Assembly: GCF_006345805.1 (NCBI RefSeq)
Contig: NW_021823644.1
Coordinates: 1 to 22,210 of the forward strand
Direction of reading: 5' to 3'
From: Octopus sinensis
Taxonomy: Eukaryota
DNA length: 22,210 nucleotides
Shown here: piece after piece, positions 1 through 11,088 of the stretch
Layout of the letters: the number at the start of each line of letters is the position of its first letter
How positions within the stretch are numbered: the first letter of the stretch is position 1
Program-made: the position numbers and the translations under genes
The notes under the pieces: model-generated
Database searches by the model: none
The model's input: the letters and a program-made list of their open reading frames with translations, nothing else
What the model was told of the DNA's origin: nothing

Positions 1-63
1 AGACATACATACATACAATACATACATACATACATACATACATACATACATACATACATACAT
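1..63. repeat. (CATA)n microsatellite
   Basis: Direct reading of tandem CATA units from the window start. Confidence 0.95.
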
Positions 64-461
64 AGAGAGATGCATTCGTAACCGTGCACGCATTTACTCA
101 CAACCTTACTACAGATACGTTGTCAGAAACAGAAAAGGATCATAACTTGGGAATAACAGAGTAGCTTTGTCGAACAGGAATAACGAGGACGACAGCAGAT
201 GGATGGAAAGTGCTACAAAAGAGGACATTTTGAAACAATCAAATAAATAAACAAACTCACCAAAACATAAACAAACAGATAACTAAACGAATAAAGAAGA
301 AAATAAAGAAACATGTAGGGTTGAGAAAACAAGGAAAGCTACTCAATGGAAGTATGTTCAGAGATTAAGAGAAGTGCCGTTTCCACAGAAACCTTTCTGT
401 CAAGTGTTTGTAAAGTTTGTCAGATCTTTTTCTATGTCATTTATTCTCTCCCTCTTTCGCC

Positions 462-467
462 CTCTCG

Positions 468-525
<58 letters not shown>

Positions 526-675
526 TTTCTGTTTCATACTCACGTTCTCTCTCTCTTTCGCTCTCTCTCTCCCTACCTTTCTCTTTCTCTCTCTCTCTCC
601 TTGTCTTTCTTCCTCTCTTTCCTTCTCTTACAATTTTTATATATTGTGCACATATATAGATATGTATGTTGTGTG

Positions 676-726
<51 letters not shown>

Positions 727-728
727 TA

Positions 729-767
<39 letters not shown>

Positions 768-1066
768 TATATGTGTGTGTATGTGTGTGTATATATTGTA
801 TATATAAATATATACACATACGTATGTATGTATTTATATATACATTAATATATATATATGTATATATATACTATATATATATTATATCAATACACACACA
901 CACAAACACACACACACACACATATATATATACATGCACACGCCCATACACACTCAACACTTATACACACAACACATACTCAACACACGCACAAACATAC
1001 ACACGCACAAACATACACACACAAAACATACACACACAAAACATACACACACAAAACATACACACA
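462..1066. repeat. Compound microsatellite block: (CT)n 462-522, (TA)n ~677-770, (CA)-rich sequence, and a 15-bp minisatellite ACATACACACACAAA at 1011-1066
   Basis: Direct reading. 15-mer units start at 1011, 1026, 1041 and 1056 (last one partial). Confidence 0.9.
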
Positions 1067-1398
1067 GATATCGGTGAGATAAGAAATAACCCAAAGCTGT
1101 GCAGAATTTTTACTTGACGAAATCAGAATCATCATCATCATCATCAGCATCAGCATCATTACAATCTTCGTCATCATTCGATTGTCACAGTCGCCTTGCT
1201 TGTCGTCGTTGTCATCGTTGCCACCACAATCATCACCATCATCGGCATAATCTTTATGATCGCCATTGTTGTTCTTGTTATTTTTGTTGGTCTTCCACTT
1301 GTAAAGTAGTACAACTATTAGTCGGTGTTGCAGTAGTTGTTGTTGTTGGTATCATTTCGTTTGTTTTATTTTTAAAGGAATAGTAGTTATCTTTCCTG

Positions 1399-1478
1399 CA
1401 CTGGAGTCCATGTAATACTTCACTCTATAACTTCCCAAAATTTCAGGCCTTTACATTTTACATGCAGCAAAAAGTTTC
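1399..1478 (+). mobile_element. Decayed 3' remnant of the SINE family seen at 3812-4279
   Basis: cactggagtccatgtaat and cccaaaatttcaggcctt align with ~4200-4260 (cactatgatcaatgtaat...ccaaaaatatcaggcctt). It is followed by an (ATT)n tail. Confidence 0.55.
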
Positions 1479-1499
1479 TATTATTATTATTATTATATT

Positions 1500-1533
<34 letters not shown>

Positions 1534-1540
1534 TTGTTGT

Positions 1541-2100
1541 TATTGATTGATTGGTTGATTTGCACAGCTTCTAACGCTGGAAATGTACTGCAGTGTCAGC
1601 TGTTCCCTACAAGTGAACTAAGGTAATACCGCTTATTTTTCGAGCACCTTCCGGAGTATTCGAGCGGTTCCAAGCAGTGCTGTTTTGTGCAAGTGCTCCA
1701 CGCTTATTCAGTCCCTATTTGTTCCACGTACCTGTCATATCTCTCGACTTTTCTTTCTGCCTTACCGCATACCTTGTTGTCATCTGGGCATGCTATATCT
1801 ATGATCCAGCATAGTTTGTTTTCTTTCTCAATTAAGACTATGTCCGGGTTCCTATTCTCAATCTCATGGTCGTACTCAATTATAAAATTCCATAGAATCT
1901 TTGCATTTCTATTTTCGACAATGCCTTCAGGTTTGTGATCGTACCAATTTTTTGCTCTGTCAAGTCCATACTTGTTGCAAAGTGTCCAATGGACGAGCCT
2001 TGCGATATTGTCGTAGCGTCTCTTATATTCCTTCTAGGTTAGTGGCGTACATTGGCTGGTAATATGCCATAGGGTTTCACCATTTTGTACACAGATTCCT
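1541..2100 (-). mobile_element. 5'-truncated non-LTR retrotransposon with restriction-like endonuclease (R4/Dong/NeSL-type), ORF C-terminus plus 3' UTR; pseudogenised
   Basis: Manual minus-strand translation gives ICVQNGETLWHITSQCTPLT*KEYKRRYDNIARLVHWTLCNKYGLDRAKNWYDHKPEGIVENRNAKILWNFIIEYDHEIENRNPDIVLIEKENKLCWIIDIACPDDNKV. After an internal deletion and frameshift it reads VEHLHKTALLGTARILRKVLEK* (stop 1633-1635). This is the CCHC knuckle remnant, PD...D RLE motif and typical C-terminus. In-frame stop at 2034-2036; (AATC)n tail at 1541-1560. Confidence 0.9.
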
Positions 2101-2761
2101 TGTGGTTGAACAGGTTTGTTTGTAGGTGTTTTATATATTTACATATTTGATGTAGAAACATATGCTCGCTATGGTGGTGTTTTTAGTAATGTAAATTAAT
2201 ATCTAGCCAAACAATTTTCAAACGAAATGATAAATATAAATGAGCTTGATAAATATCGATACACGACAAGCTTAAACACTTTCACTTGTAGAATTGACGA
2301 CAGAAAAAAATATATAGTCTTTTAATGAGATATTTTGCGTGGGACCACCACTAGCAAATCAACAGTTTTACATCCTGGGTAATCGTTGTGCGTCAAAAGA
2401 GTGATTCGATTTGAGCCACTGCAAGGGAAAAGTGTGGCAAATGTGTGTTACAAAAGCCAGTGCTTTCTAGCCTGGAGAAGAAATTAACATGGTTCTATTT
2501 CTCAAAATATAAAAGTGGAAAATTCCATATTCCAAATAATGATGAGGTATGGAAGAATGGACATAGTTTTTAAAGACCGAGGAAAGGTTAGGAGACTGCT
2601 GGAGCTGGTGTGACCTATGTCTTCACAAATGTCTCTTGAATACAATGTTCGATGGCCCGACGGTTTATACACTAAGGTGGTTCAAAAAGTACACGCGAAG
2701 AAGCCGTTAAACGAGATTTTTATAGAACTACAACAGTAATTATCGGTACAATTGGTATACG

Positions 2762-2850
2762 GGAGCTATTTTTGTAGCCTATCAACATCAAGTACCCGAA
2801 TCGAATGATGTTGATAAACAACAAAAATAGCGAAACATCGATGTCCATCA
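2762..2850 (+). ncRNA. Hammerhead-ribozyme-like relic (5' core damaged)
   Basis: GGA, then perfect stems 2765-2775/2821-2831 and 2780-2790/2806-2816, then GAAAC-ATCGAT-GTC (2832-2845; palindromic helix III). CUGA and helix I are not recognisable. Confidence 0.55.
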
Positions 2851-3002
2851 CTCCTGAATGGGATCTGAGATGAGTTATCTCACCTCTCTATGACTCTCAG
2901 GTGTGCAAATAACCATCGAATTGAGAGGGTATTCTCCACGAAGCCAAATCGCAGCCTACCGGTAAATGCAAATGGTAAGTATATGTGTGCTTGTGAGTCT
3001 AT

Positions 3003-3033
3003 GTATGTATATATATATATATATATGTGTGTG

Positions 3034-3090
<57 letters not shown>

Positions 3091-3110
3091 TATGTGTGTG
3101 CGCGTGTGTG
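3003..3110. repeat. (TA)n/(TG)n microsatellite
   Basis: Direct reading. Confidence 0.95.
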
Positions 3111-3811
3111 TAGTCATACTTGTGAACTCGTCAGAATGGACAATTATTTTATTAATTATAGAATATAGAACATCCGCTTTAAACAATTATTGTTTTACCT
3201 AAAGGTGACGTACTTTGTACTCAACAGTAAAATGCAAGCCTTTCGTTTCAGTCAAAAACCTGCGACCAACAATTTGGTAATAGCAGAGTGCCTGACGCTT
3301 GCCCCAAATCCGTGATGAATAAATCGCGTCACAAAAGTGCTGTAAATAAGATTAATGATAACTGTGTAATAAAAACAAAAGTGCTTGTTTTTTTTTTATT
3401 GTACATGTTTCAATGACCAGTTGAACGGCGAACCGGCTTGAGATCAGGCTTGATCCAATAAAATAAACTCCCTATTCGAAAATGTTTGAATTAGAAACTT
3501 CTTGTTAATTTGTTCGAAGGAACAAACTCAATAGGTACAAAGTTATTTTACTAAACTCTTCGCTAGTTTCAAAATTTACTGAAACAAAAGTTATGCATTT
3601 CAATACAAATTTAATAACAAAAGGATGGATGGAAGCTATAAATTTTAATTGAAAATATTCAAGAAACACTGAAAGCTTAAATGTGATTATTCTGATTTCG
3701 ATGTTTTTGTATCTCAAGTTTCGTAATAAAACTGCGAGAGTTGCATAATGATTATTTCTGTTTTCATCTTTTGTTGGTATGTGCTTTTCATCGATGTTTA
3801 TCAGTGTGTCA

Positions 3812-4279
3812 GGCGGCGAGTTAGCAGAATCGTTAGCACGCCGGACGAAACACTAAGCGGTATTTCGTCTGTCCTTGTTTGTCCTCTCTGTATTTAACCC
3901 CTTGTGCGTAGTAAAGAAATAGATATTTCGTCTGCCGCTAAGTTCTGATTTCAAATTCCGCCGAGGTCGACTTTGCCTTTTATCCTTTCGGGGTCGATAA
4001 ATTAAGTACCAGTAACGCACTGGGGTCAATATAATCGACTTAATCCGTTTGTCTCTCCTTGTTTGTCCTCTCTGTGTGTAGCCCCTTGTGGGTAGTAAAG
4101 AAATAGGTATTTCATCTGCCGCTACGTTCTGAGTTCAAATTCCGCCGAGGTCGACTTTGCCTTTCATCCTTTCGGGGTCGATAAATTAAGTACCAGTGAA
4201 ACACTATGATCAATGTAATCGACTAGTCCCCTCCCACCAAAAATATCAGGCCTTGTGCCTTTAGTACAAAGGATTACTT
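3812..4279 (+). mobile_element. tRNA-derived SINE with an internal 184-bp tandem duplication; the central region resembles the Meta-SINE domain
   Basis: Head ggcggcgagttagcagaatcgttag. B-box-like g(a/t)ttcaaattcc and gaggtcgactttgcctttcatcctttcggggtcgataaattaagtaccagt each occur twice. Repeat units start at 3873 and 4057. The domain name is from recall. Confidence 0.85.
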
Positions 4280-4566
4280 ATCAGAATGTGTGCACACACT
4301 CACACACACATACACTCAGTCATACACACACACTCACACACTTACACACTTACACACTTACACACACACATAAATGTGTATGTATATAGTTCTACTTTGA
4401 GTGATCCTCTTGGGTAATCAGGAGTTTCTCGTATTCATTCACAACGTCATCAGTCGACTTAAGCTGAATATATCGACCAAAATTAAAACATTAATTACTT
4501 TTTTTGTATTTTTTTTTTTTTACTTTCAAAGGGTTAAATTTTACTCCAGGTTAAGAATCAATGATG

Positions 4567-4783
4567 TACGAGAGGTTGCTTTAAAATTACTGACTTTAGG
4601 TAAAAGAACGTACAGGACGATCAGTTATGATTTCATTCAACATATACTCCTCTCAAATTCACACACTTATTTAAGCGGCCCTTAAGATTTTCTAAGCTCT
4701 GTTAAAGAACTTGGAGGGTTGAGCCTCTAATCAAGTTTTGCGCAATACCATTAAGGCCAAGAACTTTTCAGCACCCCGTCGTA
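4567..4783 (-). mobile_element. Mariner-derived MITE with TA target duplication
   Basis: TA at 4567-68 and 4782-83. Decayed 29-bp TIRs match at 19/29 (cgagaggttgctttaaaattactgacttt vs cgacggggtgctgaaaagttcttggcctt). The minus strand encodes LENLKGRLNKCVNLRGVYVE* (stop 4633-4635), matching the mariner transposase C-terminal KCV...G.YVE motif. Confidence 0.85.
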
Positions 4784-5103
4784 ATCTTTTTTCAAGGCGG
4801 CATTATGCTTCAAAACAGCAGTATCTTGTCTATTTCTGTCTTTTTTTTTTTTAGAATATTTTGCAGTGCTATATGAAGATTTAGCTGCTACATCTAGTAA
4901 GTGAAGGTTTTCGACATTAAAACCCTGAAATGGCAGAGATAAGATTAAAAAAATAAATAAATAATAACATACATTTCCGTAAGTCATTACGTTTTGTTAC
5001 GTTTTACGTTCAAATCCCGCCAGAAACCCCAACTTTTAGCATTTTTCTGTGGTCAATTTCAATGATTTTATAATTCCACCAAATTGACAAGGCTGTCGTA
5101 AAT

Positions 5104-5433
5104 TGTTGTTGTTGTTGTTGCTTAATCTTGCTTGTTTGTTCATTCTCGAGCCACGCCTAGGTCATCAGGGGCGATTTCCCGGTTTCCTTGGCGAATAGGT
5201 TCCCCACCTGGACGGGACGTCGGCCCGTCGCAGGTGAGCTGTAAGATGCAGGAGGAAAGAATGAGAGAATGTTGTGTCGAAAAAGTCAGCAGAAGTTCTC
5301 TATTATCTTCTGCCGGAGCCGCGTGGAGCTTAGGTGTTTCACTCATAAACACACACATCGCCCGGTCTGAGATTCGAACCCGCGATACCTCGACCGCGAG
5401 TTCGCTGCTCTAACCACTAGGCCATGTGCCTCC
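5104..5433 (-). mobile_element. Full-length tRNA-derived SINE (head type A, tail type X) with (AAC)n tail
   Basis: Minus strand: A-box TGGCCTAGTGG, B-box GGTTCGAATCT, body homologous to 15339 and 17606, motif tgcgacgggccgacgtcccgtccagg, then an AAC-repeat tail. Confidence 0.9.
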
Positions 5434-6519
5434 ACTGTTTAATCTTAGTTCAGGCTTAATCAAGAAGATCTATGGTCGAGCATATTGCAAACCTGACCAT
5501 ATTGTTGTTGTGTAGCCCCAGGTCAATCATGATCCACGAAATTTCGAGCCAAAAGCATTCCAGCCTGGATAATCACACCTTATAAGGAAACAGGCATACG
5601 TCGCATTACAGAAGCATTGGGATTTTTCTGTAACAGGAAATTCCATAGTAGGAAGCTATAACATTCGTTGACTTCCATGCACAGGTCAATGGGAACAAAG
5701 TTTCGCGTTTACGGAATTCCATGTTACATTAATATTTTTATATTTTAGGGAATTTAATGCGTCCATAAAGCGATTGATATCTGTACCTAAGACCATTATG
5801 TGCCATTGTGTCATTACTTTTTCTAAGGTTTAGAATCAGTTATATGAGTTATGTGACTGCTATTTCTAGCAGGTACAACGTCTACGTGGATAATCCCTCA
5901 CTGGTTCGCATTTTTGCGTTTATGTCGATGCTGCTATTATTCTGTGATTCTTAGTACGGTTGTTGCCGTTGTTAATTACTGGTCAACACTGACAGAGCAA
6001 ACAGAACAGAACTATAATCACAGCCATCCCGACCATGACCATACTGCATTGTGTTCAAACACGATCTATCTTGGAGTACATTATTCAATGGAGTACATTA
6101 TGACACTAATTGATTTTTTAAAAATGCCTTATCCAGTTTGATTTGACAAATATTTGGCTGCTATTTCTAGCATATCGCATGACACTGTACGGCCCCACGA
6201 CACTACACTAGTTATCCTCAATGTTTTACGATGTCTCGGAGTAAAGGAAGATAAACTCATTATAACGGCGGTAGTATCACAGCTACTGACTCATCACTTC
6301 CGGTTGTAATGGCTAAGCGACCATTACTAAAGCATTACAATGACCCAGGACTGAGTAATTTCGTCTACTTTAGGATATGGTCACTTTAGCGATTAGGATT
6401 CGGACCGTGAAATTCCGTGTAGTTGGTTTGTTTCCGGTCATGCTAAATTACCAACCTAATGTGGTGGACAGCGATAGTGGTGGACAATGAGGCTAAAAAC
6501 ATGAGCAAAACAAGAGAAG

Positions 6520-6630
6520 TGCGTGTGTGTCAGTGTGTGCGTATTTCTTTATGTGCGCGTGTGTATGTGTGTGTGTATCTGTTTCTGTGTATGTACACAC
6601 ACGCAAGTAGTATATATATATATATGTTTG

Positions 6631-6661
<31 letters not shown>

Positions 6662-7158
6662 TTTTTATACGTGAAGATGTGTGTATATGTGCATTGATGT
6701 ATATAGTACACATGCATGCATGTGTGTATGTAAGTGTAAACGCGAGAAAGAGAACGACAGACTGGGAAAACTGACAGAGAGACAGAGAGAAAGACAGACA
6801 GACACACACACACACACACACATACACGCACACATACATACGCACGTATTCGCACACAATGATAGCTTACTTATTATACAAATTTGCTGACTTTTATTCG
6901 TGAAGGTAATGGCGATAATGGTGGCACTATTCATGTTAACGGTCATGAACATTATTATGATACTAATGATACTTATGCTATTAAAGCAAAACAGAGGCAC
7001 ATACATACACACAGACACATACACGCACATGTATACACGCATACACACATATACATACACACACATACACACATACACACATATATATGCACATACTTAT
7101 ACATAGACGAACACAAGACAGACGTACACATATGTGTATGTATGCATATATATATATG

Positions 7159-7189
<31 letters not shown>

Positions 7190-7222
7190 ATGTATGAATG
7201 TATGTATGTACGTACGTGTACA
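6520..7222. repeat. Clusters of (TG)/(TA)/(CA)/(TATG) microsatellites
   Basis: Direct reading. These explain the low-complexity ORFs listed for this interval. Confidence 0.85.
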
Positions 7223-7548
7223 CACAGGTTTTATAAAGATGAGTATATGTTGTCTCATATCTTCCGCCGTTACACTTAACTTAATTTCTACAAAGGAACT
7301 CTATGCACACTCACAATTTCAACGCCATACCTACAATTGCATACTACATTATAGACGTCTTTAGTGGACGCAAATGTAATAAGTTAACGAATACAAAAAC
7401 ATCTATTATCAATGATACATCACACTATAATATTGCAGAAGACAGAAGTGGTTGCAAAACACAAATTACCTCACAATAAGTAAGAATACATGTTAAAAAA
7501 GGAGCAGAGAAAGTGTCTGGTTTAACCCACCACGCAGTATAAATAATG

Positions 7549-7670
7549 CAGCGAATTGGTCAAATAGTTAGTGTCGGATAAATTTCCTTGTGGTAGTTAT
7601 TCTACGCGTTGAGTTCAAATACCAATGAGGTGAGGCATATCTTGCATCTTTTCAGGTACCAGAGTTTTAC
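7549..7670 (+). mobile_element. Highly diverged copy of the 3812-type SINE
   Basis: gcgaattggtcaaatagttagtg...gagttcaaataccaatgaggt...gcatcttttcaggtacca aligns loosely with the 3812-4200 head and central domain. Confidence 0.45.
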
Positions 7671-8878
7671 TTGGAGTGATTATTTTTTTGCCTCTCTTTT
7701 CTTCCCCTGCCCTTCTTTCTTGTCAGATATGGAAAAGGAAGGGCTCCATTAGATCTAAAAATGCCCAAGATCTACAGCCTGTTTCAACGTTGCCCTTACC
7801 ACTTCTCAAGAATTTGAGGTCCTAAGACATTAAATGCAACCATATATACATTGCTAGGACTCTCCTTACCCTAAACAGTTCTCTGTTTCACACAGATATA
7901 AAACGATCTTCAATGAAAATATTGTAAAACCAGCTATAACTAATCTAAAAACACAGCACAAATAACCAATCCAAATACGATTGCAGTGGCATGATTAGTG
8001 ATATTGTCAATGAAAGAATATTAAAAAAATATCAACAGACCATACCATAAAAAATACATCTATTCAACAGAAAATACGCTTAAAACAAAGTATTCACTGC
8101 ACACGCATTCATTCTGGTTCAGAATTAAATATCATGTATATTTCGAAATATATTTGCTTCTTACAAGACAGAGTAAAAAGAGATTTCTTGATGAAATGGA
8201 ATATTGTTGTAAAGCCAAGCCGAACAATATTCACATATGCTACTTTCAAATAAATGCAAGTGAGAAACGAGAATATAATGTTACCAAGTTACAACAGTTG
8301 AGACAACACCTCATTATGCTTGTTTACAAAATCTACAAGGTAAAAATATTCAAACGTATTTTTATATGAATGGTTTTCGAAATGCAAGCTGACTAACCCA
8401 AAAGCCGACGCATTGTGTGGCAAGAAATATAAATTTAAACTTAAATTTAAGCTAAACTTCGGCTACTTGTGACGCATTTCATTTCTTTTCTTAACCTTCA
8501 ATTGTAACTAAATATGAATTGGAAGCAGAAGAAAAGTTTATTTCTTTTCTGTTCATTCTCCTTAAAGAAATGTTCTTATACGGTCTATGTGACGTAAATC
8601 GTAGCCAGTAATCTAATATGGGAAAATCAAAGATTTAAGCTCAGCTACAAACTTCACAATCATGTTGAATATAGTTATCTCCCATTAACGATAATAAATG
8701 TCTGTTTACAGATATGAATTATCGACCTTTACGCGTGACTTTATTTGTGTTATAAGCGTTGAAATAGTTATAACCCAGCAGTATTTTAGTATAAGCATGG
8801 CCGTGAAAATCGGAAAATGTTCGTGAATCTTACACTAAAGGCAGAATGCAATTATTGAATACCTCCATTCGAACCTAC

Positions 8879-8967
8879 TTACATGCGTACATACATACAT
8901 ACATACATACATACATACATACATACATACATACATACATACATACATACATACATACATACATACA

Positions 8968-8998
<31 letters not shown>

Positions 8999-9080
8999 GC
9001 ATACATACATAAATATATACATACATACATATATACATACATATATACATACATACATACATACATACATACATACATAC
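8879..9080. repeat. (TACA)n microsatellite
   Basis: Direct reading. Confidence 0.95.
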
Positions 9081-9140
9081 ACTGTCATAGATATCCATTC
9101 ATAGATACATATACTTTTACATGCATATACAAACACTTAT

Positions 9141-10835
9141 ATATTATTATTGTTAGTTTGTTCGTCATTTTCGACGATGACCAAAGAGATCACCTGAGAG
9201 ATGTGTCACAGAATGTTCGGCTATGGCCGATCTGTCCGATGCATGTTCGGAAGGCTCTGTCGCAGTTCGGCCACTAGTGGTCTGCTGCGATAGAGAGTAA
9301 GGAGTTGTCTATGGTTTGCGCAGTTCACATTTTCTCTGTAATCTTGTTTATTTCGCAGAAGGTGGCACTTCCATTGGTGTAGCTTCACTGGGTAAGTCGG
9401 TCTTATGCTTGAATTTCTCAGGTGTCGAGGTTGATCTCAATACTCTTCATTGAGGTGTTCGGTGCCCTTGAAGCGCTTTATCTGTGCACCTTGTGTGGTG
9501 TGCAAGTTTCTCGTCAATTCGCTGTAAAACACTCTATTGGAAGTCGCAAGTCAGGCATTCGAACAAGGTAGCCTTTCCAACTACTCTTTTTAGTATTGTG
9601 TAATTGCTTGGCAGATCAGCTCAAGAGTGAACCTCCGTGTTTGGGACGTTGTCTTATCAGATAATTTTTAACTGCATTCTCAGACAGTTTATATGGAATC
9701 AGTTTAGCTGTTTGGCGTGGCGTTCGTAAACTATCCAAGCCTCGCAGGCATACAGTAGCGTAGGCAGTACACCTTCAGCTTGGTGGTCAGTCTAATGCGT
9801 CTCCTCTCCCACACTGATAAGCATAGATGCCCAAACACTGAGCTTGTCTTCGCGATGTGTGTGTCGACTTCATCGTCTATCTTCACAGATCTGGTAAGTG
9901 TGCTGCCGAAGTATGTGAAATTATCAACAACCTTCAGGGTTTCCCTTTCGGCAGAGATAGTTGGTTCCACACACGGCTTCTGCAGGGAAGGTTGGTGGAC
10001 CTCTGTCTTCTGAGTGATGTTTGTGAGGTCAAAGCTTTTGCAGGCAATGGAAGTGCAGTTTATGCTCTGCTGCATGTGAATTTCTATGGTGGGGTTGAGT
10101 GCGCAGTCGTCCGCGATCAGGAGGTTTTGCACTGAGACCTATTTCATCTTGATCCTGGTCTGTGGTCTCCGCAGATTGAAGATTCTGCCATCAGTCTTGA
10201 ATTTGATATCAACGCTGGTTTTATCGATGTTGCAGAAGTCATCCGACTCTATAGCTGAGATCATCCTGCTAAAAAAAAAACGTAGGTGCGAGTACATAAC
10301 CCTGCTTGACACCGTTAGTGACTGGGAATGCGTCGGAAGAATATCTACAGTCGAGTACTCGAGCGAATATGCCGTCCTGAATCTAACACATCATGCTAAT
10401 GAATTTGTTTGGGCAACCGAACTTCTCATGATCTTCCAAATGCCCTCACGACTGTCGATGTCAGCGGACATGGTTAAATCTAGAAACGTCGAATATAGAT
10501 CCCTGTTCAGTTCCCGAAACGTCTCCTCAAGCTGGCTTGCCGTAAAGACCATGTCGTCTGTCTCACGGCTCTCTCTTAATCCATTTCGACTCTCTGGCAG
10601 ATGCCCGTCTTCCATGTGCTGAGAGAGGGCGGTTATGGAGGACTCTGATGAGCCCTCCTTAAGCAGTGATAGCAAGGAGGAAAAATCCTCGGTGGCTGTC
10701 ACAGGATTGTCTGGTTTCCATTTCTCTTATAATGATGGACAATAGAAGCATCATTGAGCTCCTGCAGCCATATGGCCTGGGAGAGATTTGTGAGCTTCTG
10801 TGCTAAGATGGATCCTTTTGCCTTATATATTTCAA
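9141..10835 (-). mobile_element. 5'-truncated, degenerate RTE-clade LINE (RT domain through C-terminal zinc motif and 3' UTR)
   Basis: ORF fragments EIYKA...LTNL...DASIVHHYKR; LPESRNGLRESRETDDMVF...DLYSTFLDLT...SREGIWKIM; LLIADDCAL...KTEV...VDNFTYFGSTL...VWERRRIRLTTKLKVY; VRMPDLRLP; PNCDRAFRT.IG.IGHSRT. The 3' end reads ggtcatcgtcgaaaatgacgaacaaactaacaataat. Many stops and frameshifts. Confidence 0.93.
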
Positions 10836-11079
10836 GGGTCCTTCCCAAGCCATAGGTAATCAGTGCCGGTTTCCCGTATTCTGTGGCATACATATTCCTC
10901 CCACTGAATGGGACGCTTGTCCGTTGCAGAGATTTCTCCTTTTAGCCAACTGAGTGAATTGAAGCAACATAAAATGCAGTGTTTTGCTCAATAACACAAG
11001 GTATCACTCGGTTCAAGAATCGAAACCATATTCTTACAATCATGAGTGCAACACCTTAACCACTAAATTACGCGCCTCC
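10836..11079 (-). mobile_element. tRNA-derived SINE (head type B, tail type X) directly abutting the RTE 5' truncation point
   Basis: Minus strand: ggaggcgcgtaatttagtggttaaggtgttgc (A-box), ggtttcgattc (B-box), ttgtgttattgagcaaaacac, then gcaacggacaagcgtcccattcag and gggaaaccggcactga. The head matches 19335 and the tail matches 5104-5200. Confidence 0.8.
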
Positions 11080-11088
11080 ACATATTCA

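Noticed and set aside
2655-2690. taaggtggttcaaaaagt resembling a mariner TIR start
   Set aside because: No matching second TIR or TA duplication found.
3395-3470. ttttattg/caataaaa inverted repeat around GAAAC-AT-GTA (minus strand)
   Set aside because: No CUGANGA-like core or stem II between them.
4415-4460. Minus-strand CUGAUGA...GAAAC 18 nt apart
   Set aside because: Only a 3-bp stem, no NUH triplet in register and no helix I.
5857-6172. 15-bp direct repeat ctgctatttctagca at 5857 and 6158
   Set aside because: Most likely two decayed copies of a common short interspersed repeat; there is no regular spacing or array, so it is not CRISPR-like.
7765-7815. Minus-strand UUGAGAA...GAAAC-AGGCU-GUA hammerhead-like string
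   Set aside because: There is no credible stem II and helix I is interrupted, so it is compatible with chance.
7680-7830. Strong polypyrimidine tract plus CAG (7724) resembling a splice acceptor
   Set aside because: The downstream frames close within ~30 codons, there is no good GT donor, and the peptides are unrecognisable.
10640-10690. CTGATGA...GAAA on the + strand
   Set aside because: It lies antisense within RTE coding sequence and stem II is not in register.
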